From Dimargaris cristalligena (lineage: Eukaryota): a stretch of DNA of 64,000 nucleotides. Positions 46,721 to 57,899 of this stretch are shown in pieces; positions within the stretch are counted from its first letter, which is position 1; every line of letters starts with the position of its first letter. The notes under the pieces are model-generated. The model was not told where the DNA came from. It did not search any database and was given only the letters and a program-made list of their open reading frames with translations. A program made the position numbers and the translations under genes. The stretch covers positions 1 to 64,000 of the forward strand of contig ML002209.1 of NCBI GenBank assembly GCA_003614675.1. The letters run 5' to 3'.

Positions 46721-48595
46721 TTAGAAATCCGGTGGAACCTCAATCTGGTCAAGTAGAAGGTCAGGCATTTTGACAAACTGGTTAGAATAGCCGTAGCGGC
46801 GGTATCCAGCATAGGTGACATGTCGTACTTGGTCGTAGAATTTGGGGTTCAACGCATGCGAATCAAAGTCCCAGAGAGATTGGTAATGCGGCCAGGGATC
46901 CATATTAGTCAAACCATTTCGTTCATGGGGACGAAACTCCGGCAGAAGAACTGCAATTCCCATTTGGGGGATTCCGTCATCCGTGAGGCGCAATTGATCA
47001 ATATATTTAAAACAGTGACCCAAGTTCCAGGTCAGACTTTGGTAGAGTTGGCTGTGCCCTAATTTGGCACAGCCCAGGACTTGGTTTAGAAAGACCGCAC
47101 CGCGGGGCAGACCAATCTCACGCATCACCCCGACTAACGAACATTTCACCGACAGGGCCGTGGTCGGCTCGTCATTAAACGAGCCGATGATATAGGAGTC
47201 GGGTAAAGAGGTTAACAGCTTCTCCTGACGGGCCACGGCCGCCAGGACGATGGCTAGTCGCTGAAATGTGCCAATGTCGTCCACATCTTGGATAAGCCTA
47301 CTGCGCTTATCAGCAACGTGCCCGAGATTCTCCACAAAGTACTTTAAATTATCGTAGCGTTGGGTCATAGCTAGGCGGGCCATCATAATAGCCGCTGTAT
47401 TATAAAACAGTCGCGTAAATACTTGGGAGGGGTCCTGATCGTCGGAGGGTTCCGGAACTTGGCCCATTAATTCTCGTAGCCGCCCGTGTTTTCCTGACGA
47501 CCCGGGGTATTGACCCATCGCCCATTCGCGCTGTGCAAGCTCAACAAAAACCGGGTTAGCAAGGGTGCCCAGCAACTTCAAGACACCCTGCCCATCCGAT
47601 TGTACGTCCACCAGGGTCAGGAGAGGCAATCTATGCGCTAGTACCGACGGGAGCATTTCATTGGGATTCACAAAGCCCCACACACCCTTCTGGAAATAGG
47701 GATTTTGGCGGTTATTTTTTAAGAAAGTGTAAAGGTGGCGAAACCGGGAGAGCTCGACAAAGTAACGGTGTTCTACGGCGTCGTCTTTTAATGACTTGAT
47801 CTCGGTACCCCAGTCACCGTTGGTGTAAATAAATAAACTGCCGGCGAATTGGTGGTAAAGAAGCCCCCACCAGTCCTCCAGGGTCCCCCGATTCCCGCAT
47901 GAGGATAGGTTATCGTCAGATTTACGCCAGGGCAGCTGGCGCCAGGATCGAGTCTTGGCTCGAGCCCCATCAATGGACCAACTGTCCGTCTTTTCCAGCA
48001 TAATTCTACATTGCAAATCCCGGTAAGTAGCCTGTGTTTCTCCGGAATTAGTGATATAAATATATTTCAAAAGAGCAGGGTTAGTGAATCAAAGTATAGA
48101 GAAACACACTTTATACCAAATAGTCCCGCTGTATATGTTTTTTTGCAGGCGTTCGGGACCCACCTTCACTTTTTCGATTGGGTGGCTTGCCGCATAACTC
48201 GTGATCAGTTTCGATGTTTTCAATAGTTCGAGCCGGGTTTGTCGGTCATAGTCGAAGTCTAAGATTTGTTGAATTATTTCACCGGGTAACCCTGCTAGTC
48301 TATTCGTAGGTTCTTTCTCGGCTGCAACTTTCGGTCGTACGGTGGTCGGTGGCGACTTACTTGATGAAGATGGCCTGGTGGAGGCTGCTTCCATTTGAGG
48401 ATTAACAAGTGGTACTACGCCACCCTTATTCGCGATGGTCCGTTGAGTGGTGAGGCAGTTGTTCGGAAGTTCGAGCTTGCTAGTAGCAGGTATACTCAAA
48501 ATAGCACCAGGAGTGGCCAGAATGCCTTCCACATTACAACTCAGAGCAAGGCAGAATAGAAGCAAGCCCAAATAGGCGAATTTAGGACGAGACAT
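46721..48595 (-). CDS. Secreted protein with an F-box-like motif and an unknown C-terminal domain, 598 aa
   Basis: Exon 1 48595-48110; 78-nt intron 48109-48032 (GTGTGT...CACTAAC...CACTAAT...CAG, phase 0); exon 2 48031-46721; signal peptide MSRPKFAYLGLLLFCLALSCNVEG; LAGLPGEIIQQILDF...LELLKTSK. Confidence 0.72.
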
Positions 48596-51500
48596 GGCGA
48601 TAAGGCTGAAATAAAAGGCGATGCAGACAACTGGTTGGCTATTGAAAAATATATACAGTCAGTTTAGAGGAAAACGATGACCAAGTATATCAAACCCAAT
48701 TGAGGCCAAGTCCTCTCACTATAGGGAATACAAGTATCAAGGGATGAAAACTGCCCCAATTATAAAATACCGGATTATGGTATTAGACACTAAATAACCG
48801 ATAGTAGAATAGCGCATAGTCTCTATATATATATATGTGTAAAAATATCCCCTAGAATTTGATGGGAACCCCCATTTCAAACATGGGGAGTGATATACAT
48901 TTTGGAGTGGTCGTCAGTTGGCCATATACCTCCACCCGCTTAGATGCTTCAGCCACTGTTGTAGTGGCATTTCAGTGGACTGTCTTCACCCACCTGTTCA
49001 CAAAGGCAGTGAGAAATTCAACCGGATGATACATTGAGGCAAATGTAACCAATGGTACAACCTCCCTATTCAGTAGCAGAGTATTGGTGATAAACCCCAT
49101 GACCAGGCCCATACGCTTGCTTAGGTGACTTGTTTGGACAAGCTATACACAATAGTGCAGTGTAAATAGTAATATAATTCGGTACATAAAGTAGCGTTGG
49201 GTATTTCTGGTTTAAATATACCTTGCCTCAAAAAGCCACCGAAACGCTCAACTATCTGACAACTATCAGTACGGCAAATAAATGTTAGGTGGTAATTGGC
49301 ACTAATATTGGGGTTGTTAGAACTATTATAAGACACAAATATGACTGTTGATTTTAAGCGGAATTATTGTACCCGGACCCTCGGTGGAATTAGTAATTAG
49401 CACCAAGCTATCCTTCGACAGAGTCTCTAGGATGATATTAACGGGCATTATCATCCACAACTTTTGCGGCCCAAGTCATCAATGGTACTTATATTAACAA
49501 AAGCGATCTAACCAACCTTCAAGTAGAATTAATATTCATATGAGAAGTACACGAATGTGATGAGGGGGAAGATGAGGATCTTTTGATGAAACGACGACGG
49601 TGATTAAAATATAATCGTTGGGTTTAATATTCAAGAGCGTCGAGCTGAACTGTTGAGTACTTGTGTAACTTCACTCGGACAATATAGGCCCAGCTATCCG
49701 CGGTCTAGGCGCTTGCTCTAGTAGAGGCGGCGACACAGCGACACGAAAGGTAGAAGTATGACTTGAGTGAACCATGATGGCCCATCAATTGACTTCGCCG
49801 CTGTGGTGCCGCATGGCTTGGCAGCGGACATCAGCAATATCCTCTCAGGATACACTCCTTCTGTATTTTGCTGCAGGGTGTAGGGAAGCGTGAAATCGAC
49901 ATACGAATCTGACATATGACTCGTCTATTCCACCAACCGTCCATTATAACTGAGTTTAATGCTGCTTAACCCGAGCAATATATTATTATATTCAACTAAA
50001 TTATTTTTTGGATTATTTAATATATTTGGAGATTTATAATGAGGAAATATAGCACTTGACCCTCTGGCAGGACTATTGTCATCGTTTATTCCCGTTTAAG
50101 CCAACTGCGTGACTACTTCTGTTCCAAAATGGAAGCAGCCACTTTTTGATAGTATTATTTAGGGAAGTTGCTATGTAATCAGTGCTATGTTCTGATCAGC
50201 CCGGAAACATACACCATTAGCCAAGGTATCATTTGAGTGGCAAAGTGGTGAAAAAAATTACTCTGGACAGCTCCCAGTGTATAATGCAACTGTGTGCCAA
50301 TACCCAGTGGTCTAAATTATTTGTCTTCACTGTCTGATGGTCCCTTATTATTAATACTTTGACCAATACTTGTAATTGTGCTGTGATAAACGAACCAGTT
50401 GTATGGCAACAGTCCATACGGCTACGACTACAGTTATACTATACCATATTGGATCGGGGCTGACGATTTCTCCCCTCGTCATGCAATCTGCAACAAAGGA
50501 TCTGCTGTGTCGAATTTGGAATCAGGATATCTCAAACCATTATGGCCAAAAAATAGGACAAACCTTTTACACCTTCTAGCACAACGCTTTCGGCATTTGA
50601 ACCTAATAAAATGGCAGCAGTGGTTGCCTTGCCCATTTGGCATGCATAATAATAAATCAATGACGTCTGGGCTCAATTACGGGAAGGTGAGTGTATCCGA
50701 TAAATGTACTAATAATATGCGGATAAGTGAACGTTTTGGAAAAATATAGTACAGACATGGCCAAGTAACTATTGAAATACACTTGTGGGTGGGGAACGGC
50801 CCCTATCCCCTTGTCTACCACGGGAACCCCCTTACATCAAATCATGTTTAAAATCGGACAGCCGGCACCTTTCGTAATACGCCATACACGACTGCCACCG
50901 TAAGCCACTGAACTGTCGCTTACATTTGGGTGTACGACCTGTGGTGAGACCGTTTTACCACTTGTTTCCCACCAGTAAGACTCTATAATTATCCGACGAG
51001 GTATTTTTTTTTCACATCCGGCTATCTGGTAGTTAAGGTCCGCCGTGCAAATTATGACCAAAAGGTCGCCTGCCTTAGATTCACTTTAAATAAAACTCTA
51101 CTTCATCTAAGGTCCGCCGCGTATACCATGGGCAACCCTGGTGAGGCCCAATTTAATGGAGTGGCGGGAAACTGTGCCAAACTCTGTAAAGAAGTATTTG
51201 GGCTAGACGAATCTTTGAAAATAGCCGACGAAAACACCCACGTCAACTAAATAAAAATAATAAAACGAGGGATATTAACATAGTGTGACCAATCAACTGG
51301 TCGCTTTTATTTTCGAATTAGGGGATTTTATGTTTCGGGTGCAGCTGCACCTGGCCCTTTCCACGTCCCAAGGGGCTATTCGTATGCCAATTATGAGTCT
51401 ACGTAGACATCCAGCGAATAAAACCACTGATAATAGGATTTTATGGATTGAAATATTGGTTCTAACCTGCGTACTAGTACAATTTCTTTAAAGACACAGT

Positions 51501-51650
51501 AAGCCGCGAGTTTTGTTGAGGCCCCAATCTACGGCCGGCGATTGGGCTAGGCCAAACTAAATAGCACCGGCCGCTTGAAGGGTCCGGGATACGGTCATTG
51601 GATACGACTTGCAGGTGGGTCGCCGCTTTATTTGACGATACAAAACGTAA

Positions 51651-52461
51651 CTAAGCCGCCGGGGATGCCTGCACCCATTCCCACTTGATCGGCATCCGCC
51701 CCTTATCCAAAGAAAACAGCTTTTGGAAGGCGGCCGAGCTTAGGTCGATGTCACCTTTCTTACATTCGGGGCACTTATCGGCAACCTGGATGTTAATGGA
51801 CTGGTTTTTATCGTTATAGACTTTTATCTGACGTTTACACAGGGAGTTCTTGTTGGGGTTACCGTTAGGGGTAGCTGGGTCAAAATCCGGAGCGTTCTGT
51901 AGCAAATTGAATAGACAGGATCAGGCGGTTGGGTAAGTTTTTTTCAAAAGAAAATAATTAATGAAAAGGACTATCCAAAAGATTCCAATAATTGGTAAGC
52001 AAGTCTAATTTTCCAAGTGAGCAGTGGTTAAGGCACATCGGACCTTATTTGCTGACTTAGCAGGGGGTCTAGGTACCGACATAAGGCAGTATCCACCCAC
52101 ATTGGGTAACGATTAGCCGGTTGAACTTGATAAATGTGTAAGGTGTAATTTACAGTGAATTAGGGAAATATAGTTTTATATTGAAACTTACGAGTGCACC
52201 AATCATATCCGTATCTTTGCTCACAAATCCACACGCGCCGAGCCCGGCCTTATACCAAGTCGCTTCGCCTCGCTGGTAGAGTTTGTGGACTTGTTTTTTG
52301 ACTTCGTTGATGGTATCGGACACGGCGACCTTGATATCTGATTTTATGGCGGCAACGGTAGTCGGAATGACGTTAGAGGGAGTACTAGGGGGATTGGCTA
52401 AAGTCGGGACGACCAGCGACCCGACGACAATGCAAATAATATAGTCCTGCGGTAGTCGCAT
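51651..52461 (-). CDS. Secreted RlpA-like double-psi beta-barrel (expansin/loosenin/barwin-like) protein, 171 aa
   Basis: Exons 52461-52192, 51896-51651; signal peptide; GEATWYKAGLGACG...IGAL|N...NPNKNSLCKRQI...VADKCPECKKGDIDLSSAAF...GRMPIKWEW. Confidence 0.92.
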
Positions 52462-54494
52462 TGTTTTACAGATGGGTTTGTGGATAGGGGGGGGACAGGC
52501 TGGGTAACTAAAATCAGCTGAATGGGAAGGAATTTAGCCAAATTATGCAGAGCTGCAGCACGGGTTTGAATAAATAGTGAACTAAAGGTACACCAAAAGT
52601 AAAGAGGGGGGATTACAAAGTCAATAATATATGGGTGTGGGAAGTCCTTAGGTGGGGCCAATATCTATATTTATATATATAGGTATCATTTGGCTGGATA
52701 GAGGCACGTCCGCTAATAGTAATTCAAAAAAGAAATTGTTCGAGTCTGCCTAACCTCGATAGTGGGCTCTTTGGATGGTCGGGAGGATGCGGTGTCTAAT
52801 CGTTCATTGAAGCCCACCTCCCCCAGCCCTAGACAGACAGGCTTAAACCCCTATGTTCCCTTTCATCGATTGACTGGTCGAGCCAGGTCGTCCATGAATT
52901 CTCACTCTACCAAAACGAGTAATCTGTACTCTTTCCAACGCCGCTAAGCTAGGACAACTAATACAGGCCTATATAGAGAAGGAAACTCCTGTGGGTGACT
53001 ATGATTGAGTAATTCCTGGCTTACGATGCTTTGCCTTGGTCAGTCTTCCCATCTGGCGGTTCGACTTGATTGCCGTCGCCCAAAGTATACGGCGGCATCT
53101 GTCCAAATTGTATAATAAATTTAGGCTAGGAAAGTTCATTCCATGCACCGCTTAAATGTAATGGCTCCTTCGCCACCTTTTTCTTTTTTTGCGACGTAGT
53201 ATGGGGTATGGAGAAGACTCGATTTGGCTGTGCAACGAATAAGTCGTTGGATGGGACGGGTATTACGAGGTAAACATAAATAGACCGCCTATTTGACCAT
53301 ACCCATATCAGTAAACAACGTATACAGCTGGGTAGAGTTTTACCCGCTATAAATTGAGGTTGACCGGCTCCGGTTCAACCCCACCGCGTATGCCGTCTAC
53401 TTGGCAAAAAGTGAGGTATTTTTCAAGGGTCGGCCCTGACATTACAATTCTCCTCGCTAGCACTCCCATTTAGTATTAAAAGTCCGGTTGCTTTTTATCT
53501 ATGAAATAGCCTTACATTGATTTTTATTATTTTACCAATGTACTACATAGACCGGTTTCAATAATTAAAAGGCGGAGCATTGGTCCAATCGGGCCATTAA
53601 AAAAAACCACCTGCGGCCGCCACTTCGAAACTTGTGAGATGTACGATAATTGACCAATTATAGTTCAGTCTATTCGGTAAGGATCGGGGGTGGACACGGG
53701 CAACAATAATACGCGCAAAACCTATAGAGGCCCAACAACAGGCGCTGACTTGGCTGCGCTGACCGCTGCCCGCCCTACAGGCACGAAATCAGGTGGTGGT
53801 ACTGTACAACCCATGCCGCAGGTGGCCGCCGTTGAGTACCGCCTATAGGAGGCCTAACTTCGCCACTTTGGCCCTAAAGTGCCAAGAAATGAATGCAAGG
53901 TAGAGGCGCCCATGCTAACGGGAAACTCTACTTTACAATGCGAAGTGTGGAGAGCTCTGGCACAGAGGCCATCTCTCCCTCAGCTGACTTGGCTGTGCTA
54001 CACCCAACCCCCCCCCCCTCCTATAATAAATTTCACTAAACTGACTGCGAATTCCCCAAATGTTCTTGGGGATATCCAATGGTGCATTTGAGTGAATGGC
54101 CCGATTCCTTCAACGGATGCGAGACTGTATTACTCGACAACGGCAGCAGTGGTATCGTCATTCAGGCAAATTGGCTCTACATGTGCCACAGGTGGATTCT
54201 CTCACTCGTTGATTGAACAGGCACGCAGGGTCTCTTGCGCGGTGCCCAAATTAAACCCTGAGCTCAAGTATGGTGGATAGTCGAGGCGATCTATCTGAAG
54301 GTATATATAATAGAGCCATCCCCCACTCTCGATTGTGAACCATACCGCTCGGCCATTAACTCACAATTGCCCTCCCCAGCCCATTTCCTCTATTACCCCC
54401 TTACTCTACCCATTTCGCTGCCCAGCCTTCCGATTGCTTTCATTGCTTCAATACCCATACACCCGACCCGCTCCATCTTGTCTCGCCACCCATC

Positions 54495-55054
54495 ATGTAC
54501 TTCACCTCAGCATTTTTTCTCGTGATTCTCGGCGCCGGTGTTCCGTTTGTCCCCCAAAGCCACGCCTCCCCCATCGAAACCCATACTGAATCAGTCTACT
54601 GCGACCGGATCATCAATGCCGAGGCAGCCGCGAGTTTCCCGAGTTCTTTCAAGCTTGCCATGCCCCGCATGTCGTCGTCACCCCTCACTACCCAGGAAAA
54701 GGCCTTCAAACTGATCAACAAGACGTTAGCGGAAGCCTATGCCTACCCAAACAAATTGCTCCCGCAGTCGAAACATCTCTCCATTGAGCCCAAGTCGGGC
54801 GATGACAGTTACAGCAAGTACGCTCAGTTTGCCTTGGCCAAGAGACTCGATGATTTTTGGCCCATTTTCTTCGACTCGGACCAAAGCTGGAGTTATGCGC
54901 GAAAGAATATTTTCTTTTTTTTAACGAGCCCAAACTTGTGGTCTCTTTCAATGTGAACAAGCCTGTCGAGCAGGCGGCCGCGGACATATTGAGATTATGC
55001 TACCCCCCTAACTCTGCATTTCAGTCTGCAGGTGCCAGTGCCCAGGGCATGTAA
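54495..55054 (+). CDS. Orphan secreted protein: 153 aa as sequenced (stop 54956), ~186 aa with a -1 shift at the T8 run
   Basis: Signal peptide MYFTSAFFLVILGAGVPFVPQSHA|SP; TATATAA at 54304; T8 at 54915-54922, after which the -1 frame reads NEPKLVVSFNVNKPVEQAAADILRLCYPP to 55054. Confidence 0.65.
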
Positions 55055-55790
55055 AGAGCACAGCAATTATTGCTGGTATTTGTATTTGCAGGTAATGCAG
55101 TTTTTCATTTTTTAAAAAAGGGCCGTTTCTGAGTAGAACATCACCCCCTAGTGAGTAATAGTTCCTTTTAGACCAATAAATACCCACAGCATTTACTTAT
55201 TTGAACAATTATCAGATAGTATACCTAAATGAGGGGGGAGTGGGTGTGCCTAGTTTATTGATAGCGGGTGCCGGATTGGTGAAACAATAGGGCGGATACC
55301 TCCTCCGTGTTGGGCTACGGCTGATTAATTCACTGCCAATTGACCCAAGCCACCAATTGTGTAGGCAATATATCTAATGTGCGGGTGTGTCCCCCCGCCC
55401 CGTTGGCATTAAAACGAGTAAAGGGGAAGAAACCCCTACCGTCAATTGAATGGGCTCACTTGCTATTCTTTCGAAACATTTGTACCGCAACGGACTGTAC
55501 TGCTGGGGAATTTTCCAACACATCGGCTGCCTGGCTGCCCTACGCAATCGGTTGTTAATATTGAGGTGCAACCACCATGTACACGCCCCTGACCTTTGTT
55601 TAAACCCCAGGGTTAAATTTGCTCCATTATTCCTAACCAACACCTGCCCGGGGCGGGAACTAAATCTGGCCCCGGGGTTCGCCCAATATCCCTTTACTTA
55701 TTCACCCCCATGCGTGTCCGCCCCATGCCTCTCTGTGACTTATAATTTTATCCTCTTCCCCCGCCCCCTTGTGAACTGAAGGATTCCCTA

Positions 55791-57287
55791 ATGTCTAGAC
55801 ACCCCACCGCTGACTCTCCTTCGGCCCCATTCACCCGGCTCTACCTTTGGTGGCACCACATTAGCACCCAGGTCCAGCTCTGGCTATTCACCCTCGCATA
55901 TCCAACCGGCGGTCTTCCTGCCGTACACGCTTCGTCGCCATTCTCCCTGACCTGGCTGGGCTTCCGCATTTACAAAGGTCTCAAATGGGGTCTACGCCAT
56001 ACCATCTACCGGGGCCAACCGGAATTGGAACGTCTGCTTCGGCTTCCTCCAATTAGCGCACCGGCAAACGGTCCCATGTTTCTAGGAACCGAGCACGCAT
56101 GGGCCAGCGGGTTCCCACCTCCGCAGCCTTCGGCTTGGCTATGGCGGGTTCAGCAGTGCTTGACCTATTCCCAGACGCTACAGGGGCCGTGTCGACTTAT
56201 TGCGGCCACCACGGCCGGGGAACCCGACTGGCCCGAATTGACCCAGGCGGTCCTGCAGGCCAAGGGCATCCCGTTGGGGACGACGGGACCAGGCTTTACT
56301 GACTCCTACGCTGTGGATGCCCCACTCATCAGCCCACCGACCCCCACTGAAGACGTAAAGGTTCGCCGACTAGCGGAGGCCCTGCGCACCATATGGCAGG
56401 TCAATATGCAGAACCGGAACTTGGCCCAGCGTAAACGGACCCCAGTCATGTCCACCAATGCCGAGCAGAGGCGTCAACTGGCCCAGTTTCGGGAGGCCCT
56501 GGCATCGGTCGGACGGTCCTCCTCCCCACCAACGGGCACGGCATCCACCAATGACCCGGCGGAAGGCTGGCAGGCCCTAGGCTTCCAGAGTCGGGCGGAC
56601 CCCACGACCGATTTCCGGGGTATGGGCCAGCTGGGTTTAGACGCACTGGTGTACTATACGCAACACCATTCGGACTCGGCCCAATTGGTACTCAAGTGTA
56701 GTCGGGACCATCCCACGGCCTGGTACTCCTTTGCAATCGTTGGGATTAATCTCGCCGCCCTCGCCTGGCGGTTGTACCAATCCCCGGAATTCCAATACTA
56801 TGTCTACACCACCAGCTTGCCCATTGAAACCGTCTACTTCGAGTTCTTCAGCTATCTGTTCCATATGTTCAACGACTTTTGGTTTACGCCGCAGGAATTA
56901 AACCACCTATCCAGTCAGGGAATTTCTTCCCCCCTGGCCCTTTTATCTGTATCGCCACCTAAACACACCTTGCAGCTGATTCCCCTATCCCTAAGGTATC
57001 GCCATTTTCAGCGCCAGGGTTCGGTATCATCCATCTCCCAAATCAAATTCACTGATACTAAGCCTAACTGGTCCCTTCAGCCTCCATACACCATCATGGA
57101 CTTTGAATCGGTGATTCCGGATTTCGAGGCCATCATCAGCCGCCAACTCTACTATCGTCAAGTTCAGCCGTTTATCCAACACCATCCTTTTGCTCTATCT
57201 GATACAGCAGATACAGAGGATTTGTCGGATTCAAGTGACCTAGATTCAGGTTCGGTAGCCGCTTCTGGGCATAAAAAGGATCAATAA
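55791..57287 (+). CDS. ELMO/CED-12 domain (ELMOD, ARF-family GAP-like) protein, 498 aa
   Basis: WQALGFQSRADPTTDFRGMGQLGL, WYSFAIVGINL, FNDFW...TIMDF. Confidence 0.92.
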   Translation: MSRHPTADSPSAPFTRLYLWWHHISTQVQLWLFTLAYPTGGLPAVHASSPFSLTWLGFRIYKGLKWGLRHTIYRGQPELERLLRLPPISAPANGPMFLGTEHAWASGFPPPQPSAWLWRVQQCLTYSQTLQGPCRLIAATTAGEPDWPELTQAVLQAKGIPLGTTGPGFTDSYAVDAPLISPPTPTEDVKVRRLAEALRTIWQVNMQNRNLAQRKRTPVMSTNAEQRRQLAQFREALASVGRSSSPPTGTASTNDPAEGWQALGFQSRADPTTDFRGMGQLGLDALVYYTQHHSDSAQLVLKCSRDHPTAWYSFAIVGINLAALAWRLYQSPEFQYYVYTTSLPIETVYFEFFSYLFHMFNDFWFTPQELNHLSSQGISSPLALLSVSPPKHTLQLIPLSLRYRHFQRQGSVSSISQIKFTDTKPNWSLQPPYTIMDFESVIPDFEAIISRQLYYRQVQPFIQHHPFALSDTADTEDLSDSSDLDSGSVAASGHKKDQ

Positions 57288-57551
57288 ATATACCCGGTAT
57301 CAATAGAAAGTTGAATATAGATCCACGCACCCGGCCCCCTAATAGCTGGCTGTCAATACGAGTGGGGGGTGCATTGAAGTGCAATAGATAATGCCATTAA
57401 TTGCACTTTGTGAAGTTCCCTAATGATCGCAAAGTATCCCAATCGGATGACTATCCAATTTCCTGGGAGGCTGATGTCTGTATTTCATCACTCCCACAGA
57501 CCCTAAGATTCTCGGGTTAAAAACACCATCCCCATATATACTCGGTACACA

Positions 57552-57561
57552 ATCACGTGAC
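57552..57561. promoter_or_regulatory. ATCACGTGAC E-box (Cbf1/USF-type bHLH site) upstream of the zinc-knuckle gene
   Basis: Matches RTCACGTGAY ~340 bp upstream of ATG 57900; motif match only. Confidence 0.3.
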
Positions 57562-57899
57562 CTCAAATACGGTAGACTTGAATGACCCCACCACGCTCTA
57601 GTTTAACTGTATGAATTACATTTCCCAATTATCACCATATTTTTTTTCTTGCTGTTCGGTTTTGTTGCCTGGAGTAAAACAAGCTGGTAAATTTCGCTCA
57701 CTAGACTAGCTAAGGTGCATTTACTAGTCTAACCTCGTGTAAATTCAACCCACTAACTCATTTTTGTACATTTCTACATGACTAGCCGCTTGGCCTTAAC
57801 GCATTTCCCCTGCCCATCCCTAAAACTTAGCAATTAGCCCCGACCTCGAGGCCTAGTCAGTCCTACAGCCAAACGTCACCAATACACAAATACAATACT

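Noticed and set aside
50399-50749. 116-aa Tyr-rich ORF (YGNSPYGYDYSYTIPYWIG)
   Set aside because: TTG start just after stop codons, no splice partner and no recognisable family
57024-57080. Possible 57-nt in-frame intron in the ELMO gene
   Set aside because: Donor GTATCA is weak and the ORF is open without it; needs RNA data
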